Shown: piece after piece, positions 26,932-37,599 of the stretch | Position numbering within the stretch: position 1 is the stretch's first letter | How the letters are laid out: every line of letters starts with the position of its first letter | Source: Candidatus Lindowbacteria bacterium RIFCSPLOWO2_12_FULL_62_27 | Lineage (GTDB): Bacteria > Lindowbacteria > 2-12-FULL-62-27 | Assembly (NCBI GenBank): GCA_001784175.1 | Contig: MFPR01000011.1 | Location: 1-64,000 of the forward strand | DNA: 64,000 bases | Direction: 5' to 3' | Notes under the pieces: generated by a model | The model's input: only the letters and a program-made list of their open reading frames with translations | Told to the model about the DNA's origin: nothing | Databases searched by the model: none | Position numbers and translations under genes: made by a program

Positions 26932-28896
26932 ATGATCGACTCCATGGACGGAAGCCCGCCGAACGACATGGACGCCCAGACGCTGGTCGCGCTTCGCGCG
27001 CTCGGCCGGCAGTATCCGACGATCGACGCCGCGACGGCCGAAATCGCGGGCCTTCGGGCGCGGCTGACCCTGCCCAAAGGCGCCGTTCACGTCATCAGCG
27101 ACATCCACGGGGAATACAGGAAACTCGTCCACGTGATCAACAACGCCTCCGGGAGTCTCCGGCCGCTCGTCGACGAGGTTTTTGGCGACCGGTTGAGCGC
27201 CGAGGACAAACTGGAACTGCTCAGCCTCATTTATTATCCGCGCGAAACCTTCGCGCATCTTTTGGCGCGTCTTTCGGACGAGCCGTCGCGCCGCGCGTTT
27301 GTGCGCCGCGCGCTCGAGAGGGCCTTTGAACTGATGAGGGTCCTGGTGCGGCGCTACAGTCTTGGCGCCGCGGAATCCATTTTTCCGGAAACGTACCGGC
27401 CGCTGTTTCGGGAACTGCTGTTTGAGACGTATCTGGGCCGGAGCGAGGAGTATCTCAACACGATGATCGACCCGTTTGTCGAAGACGGCCGGGACGCGGA
27501 GCTTCTCCGGCAGGTGGCCCACGCGATCCGGGGAATGCAGATTTCAGAGCTGGTCGTCGCGGGGGATCTGGGCGACCGCGGACCCCGGATCGACCGGGTG
27601 ATCGATTTTCTGATGCATCAGCCGAACGTGCGCATCACGTGGGGCAACCACGACGCGTCCTGGATGGGTGCGTGTCTCGGCCACGAGGCCTGCATCGCCA
27701 CGGTCCTGCGCATTTCGCTGCGATACCGGCGGCTGTCGCAGCTTGAGGAAGGGTACGGCATCCCGGTCGCGCCGCTCGAAAAACTGGCGCGGACCGTCTA
27801 CGGCGACGACCCGGCGGCGTGTTTCGAATGCAAAGGCGAGGGACTGCGGGAGGCGCTGCTCATGGCGCGCATGCAAAAGGCGATCGCGATCATCCAGTTC
27901 AAACTGGAGGGGCAGGCAGTTCGGCGGAATCCGGAATTTGAACTCGACCACCGAAACCTCCTGCACCGGATGGATCCTGGCGCGGGGACCGTGACCGTAG
28001 ACGGGAAATCCCATCCGTTGCGCGACCGGAACTTCCCGACGATCGACGGCGCGGATCCATACCGGCTGACGTCCGGGGAGGAAGCGTGCATTGGGCGGAT
28101 GCGCCAGTCGTTCTTGCAAAGCCCCGTGCTCTGGCGGCATATGCAGTACGTGGCGCGGCGCGGCGCCATGCACGTGATCCGCGACGGCCACGTCATATTT
28201 CATGGCTGCGTTCCGGTGGACGACACCGGCCGCTTTCTGTCGATGCGCGTGGCCGGCCGGGAGACATCCGGGCGCGCGCTGTTTGACGGCTTGGGCCGCG
28301 CGGTTCACCGCGCGTTCCGCGAGAAGTCCCCCCGCGATCTCGACCTTCTGTGGTATCTCTGGGCCGGCCCGCGCTCGCCGGTCTTCGGCAAGGACCGGAT
28401 GGCGACGTTTGAAGGGTATTTCATCGAGGACAAGGCGACGCACAAGGAAATCAAGAACCCGTATTTCAAACTGATTCACGACCGCGCCTTTTGCCGCCGG
28501 GTCCTCGAGGAATTCGGCGTCGATCCCGACCGCGGGCTTCTCGTCAACGGCCATGTGCCCGTGAAGGTCGAGAGGGGCGAGTCGCCGATCAAGGACAGCG
28601 GCTGCGCCATCACGATCGACGGCGCGTTTTCCGAGGCCTACGGCGACAAAGGCTACACGCTGGTGCTGGAGGCAGGCCGCACGTATCTCGCGACCCACCA
28701 TCATTTCGAATCCGTCGAGGAGGCGATCACACAGGGCGCCGACATCATTCCCACCGTGCAGGACGTCCGCGTCCACGCGAGCCCGCGAACGGTCGCGGAC
28801 ACCGAAACCGGCGACGAGATCCGCCGGGAGATCGCCGCGCTCGAGCGCCTGATCCGCGCGTACCGGGAGAACGCGATTCTGGAAAATTCCTATTAA
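26932..28896 (+). CDS. fbp: Class 3 (Firmicutes-type) fructose-1,6-bisphosphatase
   Basis: [56 protein letters not shown]. Confidence 0.88.
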   Translation: MIDSMDGSPPNDMDAQTLVALRALGRQYPTIDAATAEIAGLRARLTLPKGAVHVISDIHGEYRKLVHVINNASGSLRPLVDEVFGDRLSAEDKLELLSLIYYPRETFAHLLARLSDEPSRRAFVRRALERAFELMRVLVRRYSLGAAESIFPETYRPLFRELLFETYLGRSEEYLNTMIDPFVEDGRDAELLRQVAHAIRGMQISELVVAGDLGDRGPRIDRVIDFLMHQPNVRITWGNHDASWMGACLGHEACIATVLRISLRYRRLSQLEEGYGIPVAPLEKLARTVYGDDPAACFECKGEGLREALLMARMQKAIAIIQFKLEGQAVRRNPEFELDHRNLLHRMDPGAGTVTVDGKSHPLRDRNFPTIDGADPYRLTSGEEACIGRMRQSFLQSPVLWRHMQYVARRGAMHVIRDGHVIFHGCVPVDDTGRFLSMRVAGRETSGRALFDGLGRAVHRAFREKSPRDLDLLWYLWAGPRSPVFGKDRMATFEGYFIEDKATHKEIKNPYFKLIHDRAFCRRVLEEFGVDPDRGLLVNGHVPVKVERGESPIKDSGCAITIDGAFSEAYGDKGYTLVLEAGRTYLATHHHFESVEEAITQGADIIPTVQDVRVHASPRTVADTETGDEIRREIAALERLIRAYRENAILENSY

Positions 28897-28898
28897 GG

Positions 28899-29519
28899 AT
28901 GTATCGGGGCGAACGCTTTAGCGGCATCAGCCACCTGGTGGGTGCGGTTCTGGCCCTGGCCGGCGTGGTGGTATTGATTGTGATGGCGGCTCGACAGGGC
29001 GATGTCTGGAAAATCGTCAGCTTCAGCGTCTATGGCGCCTGCCTTTTCTTCCTGTATCTTGTGTCGACGCTCTACCACAGCCTGCGAGGCAAGGCCAAGA
29101 TATTTTTCCGCGCCATGGACCATTCCGCCATTTATCTTTTGATTGCCGGCAGTTATACGCCGTTCACCCTCGTCACCCTTCGCGGAACGTGGGGCTGGTC
29201 GCTGTTTGGCGTGATTTGGGGTCTGGCCACGGCCGGCATCGTACTGGATGCCGTGCTGCCGAAGAGGGAACCCCGGATCTGGCCGGTGGTGATTTATGTC
29301 ATGATGGGATGGCTCATCGTGATTGCCTTGAAACCGCTCTTGCAGGCGCTCCCGCCGGCCGGATTTGGTTGGCTTCTCGCGGGCGGCCTATTCTATACGG
29401 TGGGGGTAATTTTTTTCGCTCTGGACGAAAAAATGCGCCATGCGCACGGCGTGTGGCATCTTTTCGTTCTGGCAGGCAGCGCCAGTCACTATTTTGCCAT
29501 CCTGTTTTATGTGGGATGA
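28899..29519 (+). CDS. Hemolysin III / PAQR family membrane protein
   Basis: STLYHS, DHSAIYLLIAGSYTP, HGVWHLFVL. Confidence 0.93.
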   Translation: MYRGERFSGISHLVGAVLALAGVVVLIVMAARQGDVWKIVSFSVYGACLFFLYLVSTLYHSLRGKAKIFFRAMDHSAIYLLIAGSYTPFTLVTLRGTWGWSLFGVIWGLATAGIVLDAVLPKREPRIWPVVIYVMMGWLIVIALKPLLQALPPAGFGWLLAGGLFYTVGVIFFALDEKMRHAHGVWHLFVLAGSASHYFAILFYVG

Positions 29520-29559
29520 GGGTTTACGATCCCTGCCCGGAGTGCTACACATACACGTG

Positions 29560-30735
29560 ATGAAACAGGCGGTTTTTGCGCGGGGGCTTCCGCACGGCGG
29601 GAAGCTGGCGAAGAATTTCGTGTCCGACGAGAAGCGCCGGAAGGCGCTCCAACAGAAGGCCGGCTGGATGCCGGCCCTGACGGTGCCGGACAGGATTGTT
29701 TCAGACATCGAGATGCTGGCGTCCGGCGCGCTGTCTCCCCTGGCGGGATTCATGGGCAAGAAGCAGCTCCTTTCGGTGCTCAAGACGATGCACCTGCCGG
29801 ATGGCCTTCCGTGGACGATCCCGATTGTTCTTCCCGTGGACGGCCCGACGGCCGATTCCTTCAAGACGGGCCGGCCGGTTGCGCTTAAAAGCGAAAACGG
29901 CAGGATCCTCGCTGTCCTCGATGTGGAGGAAAAATATCCCTACGACAAGGACACGTATGCCGAATCCGTCTACCGGACGAAATCGGCGGAACATCCGGCG
30001 GTCCAGATCCTGATGGAGCAGGGCGAGATCTTTTTGGGCGGCCGTGTCCGCGTGATCGACCGATATCCCTACGGAAACTTCGAGGCCTACCGGCTGGACC
30101 CGGAGGAGACGCGCCGGCGTTTTTTGGAGCGCGGATGGAAACGGATCGTCGGGTTTCAGACGCGCAACCCGGTCCACCGCGCGCACGAATTCATCCAGAA
30201 ATGTGCGATGGAGATCGTCGACGGCCTGCTCCTTCATCCGCTCGTGGGCGAGACCAAGTCCGACGACATTCCGGCCGATGTGCGGATGAGATGCTATGTG
30301 GCCCTCCTGGAGAATTATTATCCAAAAGACCGCGTCCTGCTCAGCGTCAATCCGGCGGCGATGCGGTACGCGGGCCCGCGGGAGGCGATCTTTCACGCCA
30401 TCGTCCGGAAAAATTTCGGCTGCACGCACTTCATCGTCGGCCGGGACCATGCCGGGGTCGGCAATTTCTACGGGCCCTTCGACGCGCACGCCATCTTTGA
30501 CGAGTTTGACCCGCAAAGGCTCGGCATCACGCCGCTGTTTTTCGACAACAGTTTCTACTGCCGGACCTGCGGCAACATGGCGACGCCGAAAACATGCCCC
30601 CATCCGCCCGAATCCCGCGTGACCCTTTCCGGCACGCAGGTGCGGCAGATGCTGGCCGCCGGCCAGATCCCGCCTGTCGAGTTCACGCGTCCCGAAGTCG
30701 CCCGCGTCCTGATTGAAGCCTCCCGCGGGAAGTAG
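29560..30735 (+). CDS. sat: Sulfate adenylyltransferase
   Basis: FQTRNPVHRAHE, MRYAGPREA, HFIVGRDHAG. Confidence 0.95.
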   Translation: MKQAVFARGLPHGGKLAKNFVSDEKRRKALQQKAGWMPALTVPDRIVSDIEMLASGALSPLAGFMGKKQLLSVLKTMHLPDGLPWTIPIVLPVDGPTADSFKTGRPVALKSENGRILAVLDVEEKYPYDKDTYAESVYRTKSAEHPAVQILMEQGEIFLGGRVRVIDRYPYGNFEAYRLDPEETRRRFLERGWKRIVGFQTRNPVHRAHEFIQKCAMEIVDGLLLHPLVGETKSDDIPADVRMRCYVALLENYYPKDRVLLSVNPAAMRYAGPREAIFHAIVRKNFGCTHFIVGRDHAGVGNFYGPFDAHAIFDEFDPQRLGITPLFFDNSFYCRTCGNMATPKTCPHPPESRVTLSGTQVRQMLAAGQIPPVEFTRPEVARVLIEASRGK

Positions 30736-30739
30736 CAGA

Positions 30740-31423
30740 ATGGACATCATCTGGCTGAAAGAAATGTCGTGCCCCGTCTGCAGTGGGAAGTTCATGTCCG
30801 AAAACATCCGGCAGAACAAGCTGGCGCAGATTCAGGTGGACGAGGATTTCCACACGCACTTTGATCCCCTGAGCCCCCTCTATTACGCCGTGGTCGTCTG
30901 CCCCGACTGCTGCTACGCGGAGCGGCGGCAGAATTTCGAGGAGGTCAAAGGCAAGACGCTGATCGCGGTCAAGGGCGGGATCGGCGCGCTTAAGCAGCTC
31001 AGCGCCGGATTCAACTTCCGGCTCATCCGCACCTTTGAGCTGGCCCTCAAAAGTTTTGAGCTGGGCGCGCTCACGGTCCAGTTCAAGGGCGAGACATCGG
31101 ACGTCATCGGCGGCATGTACCTGCGCGCCGCATGGCTTTGCCGGGAGGCCGCGGACGACAAGCTTGAGCAGGTGTACCTGCGAAAGGCGCTGGAGTTTTA
31201 CGAGAAGGCCTACATGAACGAAGCGACGGAATTCGGCCAGCTCGGCACGTGCGGGTTTCAGTACATGCTCGGCGAAATTTACCGGCGGCTGGGCAACGAC
31301 GAAAAGGCGATGGAGCTGTACATGCGCGCCGTGGCGAACAAGGAGATCCGGCAGAAGCCCCAGGTCGAGCGGCTCGCACGCGAGCAACTGTCGGCGCTCA
31401 AGGAAAAATTAAAAACGCCGTGA
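30740..31423 (+). CDS. DUF2225-family protein (Zn ribbon + TPR)
   Basis: CPVC...PLYYAVVVCPDC.YA...LRAAWLCRE...YMLGEIYRRLG. Confidence 0.8.
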   Translation: MDIIWLKEMSCPVCSGKFMSENIRQNKLAQIQVDEDFHTHFDPLSPLYYAVVVCPDCCYAERRQNFEEVKGKTLIAVKGGIGALKQLSAGFNFRLIRTFELALKSFELGALTVQFKGETSDVIGGMYLRAAWLCREAADDKLEQVYLRKALEFYEKAYMNEATEFGQLGTCGFQYMLGEIYRRLGNDEKAMELYMRAVANKEIRQKPQVERLAREQLSALKEKLKTP

Positions 31424-31725
31424 CGCGCCCGCTCCGGCTTTTCCTGTGCCTGCTGACTCTCTGCCTGGCCGGATGCACGACCGGTGTGATCCGCGGGACC
31501 GTGGTGGACGCGTGGGGCCGGCCGGTCGAAAACGCGAACATCCAGACGCTCCCGCCGACCCATTCGATCCTCACCACCAAAGACGGCTTCGTGTTCCGCG
31601 ACGTCGAGGACGGCGAGTATTCCCTGATCGTGTCGAAGGAAGGCTACCGGACCGGCTCGGCGAGGGTGGAAGTCCGCGGAAAAAAAATCACATACGCCAA
31701 CATCATCCTTCAGAAAGTCGACTAG
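31420..31725 (+). CDS. Lipoprotein with a carboxypeptidase-regulatory-like beta domain
   Basis: Lipobox LAGC; IRGTVVD..G.PV..A...GEYSLIVSKEGY. Confidence 0.8.
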   Translation: MTRPLRLFLCLLTLCLAGCTTGVIRGTVVDAWGRPVENANIQTLPPTHSILTTKDGFVFRDVEDGEYSLIVSKEGYRTGSARVEVRGKKITYANIILQKVD

Positions 31726-31730
31726 CCGGC

Positions 31731-33035
31731 ATGCCGGCCGCCCTGTTCTGGGTTTGCGTCACGATCCTCGGCTGGGGACTCGGGGGCGGCGCGGACGCCG
31801 CTGCGGCGGCCGACCGCACGATCGCGGCGCGGCTGGGCGAGCCCGTGGAGATTCCGATGCCGCCGTCCGACGCGCTCGCCGAGTGGATCATCCAAGACAT
31901 GACCGCGGCCATCGTGGAACACGTGGCGGTGCGGCGCCTGCCGGCGGAGACCGTTTTTCTGTTCCGGCCGACGGCTGTGGGAACGACGCTGATCCGGTTT
32001 GCGAAAAAAGCCGTGGGGTCGGCCGGGCCGATGGCGTTGACGGACCGGCAGGAGGTGGAGGTCATCGTGACGGCGGGCCAATCCAAATCGGCGAAACTGG
32101 CCGGGCCCAGGACCATTCCGGCGCTGAAGAAACCGGCGGGCGAAAAGGCCGACGCGGCCCGCGCACCGTCCGCCACAGCGGCGCCGGTACCCGCCAACTA
32201 CTCCGGCGACCCGCTGATCCTCGACATGCTCGAGGGTCAGCTCGGCTTTCCGGCGGAAAATCCACCGCCCTATGTCCCGACCGAAACGGAGCTTGCACTG
32301 ATGGAGAAGTATCCGCTCCCCTTTTCGTATTACTATGTGATTCCGAAAGGCTCGTATCTTCTCAATCCGTCCCACCAGTTGCCGCTGCCCGACACACCGC
32401 CGGCGGTGGACACCCCGCAGTATCCGGCCTACCATCACGCGCTGGCGCTGGCGCGGCGCGGACTCCTGAAACAGGCGTCGGACGCGCTGGAGGAATTGAT
32501 CAAGGAGCAGAGGGGGAAGCCGGAAAAGAATGCGGCCGTGGAGGCGTTCTACCAGTTCGTCAACGCGCACATCAAACTGGCGAACAAGGAATATGGCGAT
32601 GCGGCCAAGAAGTTCAAAACGCTCTACGCCGACCGCGACTACGGCCCGGCTTCGCGATTCTACGCGGCGCTCGCGACCGAATGGTCCGGCGACACGCTGG
32701 GCGCAATTTCCGGATACCAGGGAGCGCTTTCGAGGTATCCAAAAAGTTTTTTTGCGCCCGAAGCCGCGTGGCGGATCGCGCGGATATTTCTAAACGCCCG
32801 GGCCTTCGACCGGGCCAGGCTCGAGTATGAGGAGTTCATCCAGAAAAACGCGCGCACGCCGTTCATCGACGACGCGATCATGGACCTCGCCTACATCCAC
32901 GACCAGATTTACGCCTACCAGGATTTCGAGCTGGCGATCAAACTCTACGACACCCTGGCCACGCAGTACGCCGAAAGCCTCTTCGCGGACACCGCGCAGG
33001 CGCGGAAGAAGTTTATTTTGGAAAATTATTACTGA
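31731..33035 (+). CDS. Exported TPR-repeat protein (BamD/CpoB-like C-terminus)
   Basis: Signal peptide; YPKSFFAPEA-type TPR repeats. Confidence 0.7.
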   Translation: MPAALFWVCVTILGWGLGGGADAAAAADRTIAARLGEPVEIPMPPSDALAEWIIQDMTAAIVEHVAVRRLPAETVFLFRPTAVGTTLIRFAKKAVGSAGPMALTDRQEVEVIVTAGQSKSAKLAGPRTIPALKKPAGEKADAARAPSATAAPVPANYSGDPLILDMLEGQLGFPAENPPPYVPTETELALMEKYPLPFSYYYVIPKGSYLLNPSHQLPLPDTPPAVDTPQYPAYHHALALARRGLLKQASDALEELIKEQRGKPEKNAAVEAFYQFVNAHIKLANKEYGDAAKKFKTLYADRDYGPASRFYAALATEWSGDTLGAISGYQGALSRYPKSFFAPEAAWRIARIFLNARAFDRARLEYEEFIQKNARTPFIDDAIMDLAYIHDQIYAYQDFELAIKLYDTLATQYAESLFADTAQARKKFILENYY

Positions 33036-33058
33036 GCTGCGGAACCCCCCGGACAGAA

Positions 33059-34531
33059 TCAGCTTTCGATATCTATTTCGTACTTCACTTTCACTTTCTG
33101 CCGCTGGTCTTTCAGCCATTGGTTCAATGTCTGTTCGCTGAGGAGGCGCAGGTAGGTGTTGCGGATGATGGCGGCGTCGGTGTCGGTCGGGGCGGGATCT
33201 CCGATGGGCCGGCGCTCGTGGACTTTCACGATGTGCCATCCAAACACGCTGCGCACGAGTTCCGGCGCGACCGTCCCGGCCGGCGTTTCGAACGCGGCCT
33301 TGCTGATCGCACGGTCGATGGCGGCGCCCTGGGTGACTTCGCCGATGAGGTGTTCGCGCTCGTAATTGGACGGAAACACGAGCCTGGGAATCCAGCCCAC
33401 TCGGCCGCCCGACCTGGCCGAGATCGCCTGGGAATGGACGGACGCCAGGACCGCGAACTGGTCGGGAAATTTCAGGAGCGTGTCGAGGACCCGTTGGGCG
33501 CGGACTTTGGCCCGGTCGACGTGCGAGTCGGTCACAACCGAGGGCCGAAGCTCTTCGAGGAGTTTTTCCGACCAGGGCCGGATGGTGGTCGGAACGCGTT
33601 CCTCCTGTTTGAGGATGTGCAACCCGAATTCGGTGCGGACGAACGTGTCGTGGACCTGTCCGGCCGCCAGCGCGAAGGCGACATTTTCGACTTCCTGGAG
33701 CATGTCGCCGGGGGAATAGAATCCCATGTCGCCGCCGTCTTCGGCGTCCGGCGCCTCCGAATATTTTTTCGCCAGGGCCGCGAAATCCTTCCCGGCTCGC
33801 GCAAGTTCGAGTACGCGATGTGCCTTCGACATCACCTCGACGGCTTCGGTTTCGGCGGCGTCGAACGGCAGCTTGAACAGGATTTGCCGGGTGCGGACTT
33901 TCTCGGGCTCCAGGATGAGATGGCGGTGCGACTCGTAGTAGTCCTGGACTTCCGAATCGGTCACTTCGCGGGCCGCGGTAAACAGGATGTGGGAAAGGTC
34001 CGCCTCCCAGAACATGTCCCCGACGATCTTGGACCATTCCGCGTCCGACACCCACACCGCGTCCAGAATCGGCCATCGCGCGCGGGATATCTTGATCCGC
34101 TTGTCCGTCGACTCCTCCAGCGTCTGCCACCACCTCGGGGACGCCTGGAAGAGGTAGGTCCGATAGACGTCGTCGTTCGGGAACTCCGCGTGCACGTGGC
34201 CCTTCAGCTCCTCCGGCGTCACGTAGATGCCGTTCTTGGTGGACGTCTGCTCCAGGATTTTTTCGTTGATCAGGTCCTCCGCCGCCTGCTTGCGGATCTG
34301 GCGCCGGAAGGACTCGGAGATGTCCTGGCCGCGATAGGACTCCATGTACCGCTCCACGGCCTGCTCGTAGGTGCGGATGGGGATGTCCTCGCCGTTGACG
34401 GAGAAGGCGACATTGCCGCGGAGCTGGCGCGAGTCGATGTCCATGCCCCAAAACGCGAAGATGGTGACAAGGAACGCGGCCGCCACGATCGCAAACACAA
34501 TCTTCATTTTGGATCTCAGGTACGAAAACAT
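33059..34531 (-). CDS. SurA/PpiD-like parvulin peptidyl-prolyl isomerase
   Basis: N-terminal TM helix, SurA-N-like region and rotamase motifs (FAALAKKYS...GGDMG, FGLHILK, FGWHIVK). Confidence 0.88.
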   Translation of the reverse strand: MFSYLRSKMKIVFAIVAAAFLVTIFAFWGMDIDSRQLRGNVAFSVNGEDIPIRTYEQAVERYMESYRGQDISESFRRQIRKQAAEDLINEKILEQTSTKNGIYVTPEELKGHVHAEFPNDDVYRTYLFQASPRWWQTLEESTDKRIKISRARWPILDAVWVSDAEWSKIVGDMFWEADLSHILFTAAREVTDSEVQDYYESHRHLILEPEKVRTRQILFKLPFDAAETEAVEVMSKAHRVLELARAGKDFAALAKKYSEAPDAEDGGDMGFYSPGDMLQEVENVAFALAAGQVHDTFVRTEFGLHILKQEERVPTTIRPWSEKLLEELRPSVVTDSHVDRAKVRAQRVLDTLLKFPDQFAVLASVHSQAISARSGGRVGWIPRLVFPSNYEREHLIGEVTQGAAIDRAISKAAFETPAGTVAPELVRSVFGWHIVKVHERRPIGDPAPTDTDAAIIRNTYLRLLSEQTLNQWLKDQRQKVKVKYEIDIES

Positions 34532-34571
34532 GGTCGCACGTTAATATGGATTGAAACGGATTTTCAAGGGA

Positions 34572-36824
34572 TCAGGCCCGGAAGAGGTCCTTGAAAAACT
34601 GCCGGGTCCGGTGCGCGGCGCGGTCGAGCGCGGAAAGCGCCGATCCGCGCGTGACGACGTCGGCCGGAAGTCTCGCGAGAAACCGCGACGGGCGGTGGGA
34701 CACCACGCGGCCGTAGAGGCGGCGCTGTGCGGCGCTGGTGAGAACGAGCCGTTCCCGGGCGCGGGTGATCGCCACATAGAACAGCCGCCCTTCCTCCTCC
34801 TCTCGTTCCGCGCGGTCCGACTCCGTTTCCTCCGCCGAGCCGCCCGGATGCGAAAACGGCAGGAGGTCCTCCTCGACGCCGACCACAAACACCACGGGAA
34901 ATTCCAGGCCCTTCGACGCGTGGATCGTGAGAAGCCGCACCGCGTTTTCCTGCGTGAGGTCGGTGATCGGCTCGCCCTCGGCGGATGCGTGGAAGGCGGC
35001 CAGCACCAGATCCAGCCCTGGCCGGCCCGGCGGCGCGTAGGGCAGGCGCGAAGCGAGCAGCCGCTGAAGCCACACGAGACCCCGCCGGACCGTCGCGTCT
35101 CCGGTCGCGGCGTCCTTCAGGCCGAACGTGTCGACGAGAAACTTCAAAATATCCTGTGGCGTGTGGATGTCCATGCCGAAGGCCGCGCCGTGGATGCCGG
35201 TCCACATCCGTTCGAGATGCTGCTGGGCCTCTCCGCTCTGGCAGGCGCGGACCGCCTCGACATAGCCCTGCTCGTCGAGCAGAATCCGTTCGGGCGCCGG
35301 CAACGCCAGGAGCATGGCGTGATCGACGCGATTTTTTGGCCCGAGAATTCCCAGCGTCCAGATTTCGCGGAGCGCCTCCTGAAGCAGAAGCGAGTCGCGG
35401 ATGGGGTCCAGCCGGCCCTCTCGTTTCAGCGCCGCCACGTTCACCGCCTGGTACACCGCGCGGAAGGTCCGGACCACGTCATTCTCCAGGAGCGCCGGCC
35501 CGCCGACTTCCACATACGGCACCTGCCGCGCACGCAGCGCCGATGCGACCGGCCCGGACAATTCGTGGACTCGGTAAAAGATCACCATGTCTTCGTGCCG
35601 GAATCCTTCCTGGAGGAATTCCTGAATTTGAAACGCGACGAAATTCATCTCGTCCTGTTCGTCCGACGCCTCGTAGACGACGATCTTCTCGGGCGGCCTC
35701 GCCCCCGCCGGGGCCATGGCTAGAAGCGTCTTGTCGGTCGCGCCGGCCGGCCGGTCGGCCAGGACGGCGTTGGCGGCGCCGAGGATGACGGGCGTGGACC
35801 GGTAATTCCGGATGAGCCGGACGATCCGCGCGTCCGGATAATCCTCCGTGAACGCCCGGATGTTGCGGATGTCGGCGCCGCGAAATCCGTAGATGCTCTG
35901 ATCATCGTCTCCGACGACAAACAGGTTTCGCCGGGCCGCCGCAAGTTCGGTGGCGATGGCGTACTGCGCGACGTTGGTGTCCTGATACTCGTCGATCAGC
36001 ACGTGCGAGAACCGCGTCTTCCACCGCTCGGCGCACATCCGCCGGTCGGCGATCGCCGTGGCGGCGAGATACAGGAGGTCGCCGAAATCGGCCAGCCCGC
36101 GCGACCGCTTGGTCTCCACGTATTTTTTCCATGCCTCCGCCGCCGCCTCGCCCGGAACGCCCTCGTAGGTTTTATGCCGCGCGAGCGTTTCCGGCGTCAA
36201 GAGCTCGTTGACGGCCAGATCGAGGGCGGCGCTGAGGTCCCGCGGGTCACAGGGGACCGCAAGGTCGGCGCAGGATTCCTTCAGGAGCTTCCGGCTGTCG
36301 GCGTCAGAGAGGATGGAGAACGTCGGCGGATAGCCCAATTCCTCCACCGCCGAAAATCCATCCGCGTCTTTTTCCCGGAGCATCCGCAGGCACAGGGAAT
36401 GAAACGTGCCGATCCAGGCCTTCGGCAGCGCCCGCATGAGATCATCGAGCCGCGCCCGGATGGCCGGCGGAACGCGCCCCGCAAGGTCCTGGACCTGCTT
36501 GCCGATTCGCTCCTTCATTTCGCCTGCGGCCTTCACCGTGAACGTCGCGACAAAAATCTGGTCGGCCGGACAGCCGGCCAACAACAGAAGCGCCACGCGC
36601 CGCGTCAGCACCGCGGTCTTGCCGCTGCCCGCGCCGGCCACGATCAGAAGCGGCCGGCCATCCGACAGAGGGTGGGTGAGCGCTGCGACCTGTTCGCGAT
36701 TCAGACCCGCGACGAGCGCGTTGAGCGCCGGGCGGATCTGCGGACCCAGCGCGTCGTACAGTTGTTCAACCTGCTGCAGCTCTTCGAACGATAATCCGGG
36801 TAAGAGGGCGCTGGTCGATTCGAT
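34572..36824 (-). CDS. UvrD/PcrA-family SF1 helicase; start uncertain, possibly ATC
   Basis: LNREQ Q-motif, AGAGSGKT, DEYQD, VGDDDQSIY, NYRS, TIHASKGLEF, LFYVAITRA. The frame is open upstream of the 36641 GTG but has no ATG/GTG/TTG there. Confidence 0.88.
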   Translation of the reverse strand: MESTSALLPGLSFEELQQVEQLYDALGPQIRPALNALVAGLNREQVAALTHPLSDGRPLLIVAGAGSGKTAVLTRRVALLLLAGCPADQIFVATFTVKAAGEMKERIGKQVQDLAGRVPPAIRARLDDLMRALPKAWIGTFHSLCLRMLREKDADGFSAVEELGYPPTFSILSDADSRKLLKESCADLAVPCDPRDLSAALDLAVNELLTPETLARHKTYEGVPGEAAAEAWKKYVETKRSRGLADFGDLLYLAATAIADRRMCAERWKTRFSHVLIDEYQDTNVAQYAIATELAAARRNLFVVGDDDQSIYGFRGADIRNIRAFTEDYPDARIVRLIRNYRSTPVILGAANAVLADRPAGATDKTLLAMAPAGARPPEKIVVYEASDEQDEMNFVAFQIQEFLQEGFRHEDMVIFYRVHELSGPVASALRARQVPYVEVGGPALLENDVVRTFRAVYQAVNVAALKREGRLDPIRDSLLLQEALREIWTLGILGPKNRVDHAMLLALPAPERILLDEQGYVEAVRACQSGEAQQHLERMWTGIHGAAFGMDIHTPQDILKFLVDTFGLKDAATGDATVRRGLVWLQRLLASRLPYAPPGRPGLDLVLAAFHASAEGEPITDLTQENAVRLLTIHASKGLEFPVVFVVGVEEDLLPFSHPGGSAEETESDRAEREEEEGRLFYVAITRARERLVLTSAAQRRLYGRVVSHRPSRFLARLPADVVTRGSALSALDRAAHRTRQFFKDLFRA

Positions 36825-37573
36825 TAGATCTTCACCGCCGAAATGATCATCGAGCCGGCGATCTCGCCCGTCAGCGGCATCCGCTCCAAAAATCGCCCGA
36901 ACGCCGATACCGCCGGGATCAGCCGGTCGGGCGTGCTGGGATGGAGAAAATCAAACGGCCGGGCGCGCGCGTCTCGAAAGCCGTGCTCCTTCAGTTTCCG
37001 GACGATGTGCCAGCGCGTGAACGGCATCTCGTCGGGCGAGTAGGGCCGGAGGCGCCGCACAAACGTTATTCTGTTTTCAATCCAGTTTTGCGGGTTCAGG
37101 AGATTCGGCTCGGCGAACGCCAGCCGGCCGCCGCTCTTGAGCTGCCGCGCGCACACGGGCAGGATGCGGTCGAGTTCCAGATGGTGCAGGATGTTGTTTC
37201 CGCAGACAGCGTCGAACGTGCCCGGCCTGAACGGCAGCCGCTCGCCGTCGGCCAGCACGCCCGCCGCCTGCCCTCCCAGCCTTTGACGAAACCGTTTGAG
37301 CAGCCCAAGCGACACGTCGATGCCCACCACCAGCCTGAAATGCCCCGCCAGGTGCGGCGTCATCTCCCCCGATCCGCAGCCGATCTCCAGCACGAGCTTG
37401 CGCGGATCCGGTCCGAGTGCGTCCCGGACCAGCGCCGAGCGGCGCTCCGTCCGGAGTTTTCCCGCCGGCGTTCCGGCGCCCCACCAACTGTAGCCTTCCG
37501 CCTCCGCGACCTTGTCGAAATGGTCCTGCTCCCGTCGTACGCGATCCGGATCCATCCGCGTCCCTTGTAGCAT
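36824..37573 (-). CDS. Class I SAM-dependent methyltransferase
   Basis: VLEIGCGSG, DGERLPF...FDAV...ILHH; start at 37573 or 37555. Confidence 0.88.
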   Translation of the reverse strand: MLQGTRMDPDRVRREQDHFDKVAEAEGYSWWGAGTPAGKLRTERRSALVRDALGPDPRKLVLEIGCGSGEMTPHLAGHFRLVVGIDVSLGLLKRFRQRLGGQAAGVLADGERLPFRPGTFDAVCGNNILHHLELDRILPVCARQLKSGGRLAFAEPNLLNPQNWIENRITFVRRLRPYSPDEMPFTRWHIVRKLKEHGFRDARARPFDFLHPSTPDRLIPAVSAFGRFLERMPLTGEIAGSMIISAVKI

Positions 37574-37599
37574 GGCTATGGTGGATATAGAATATCCGC

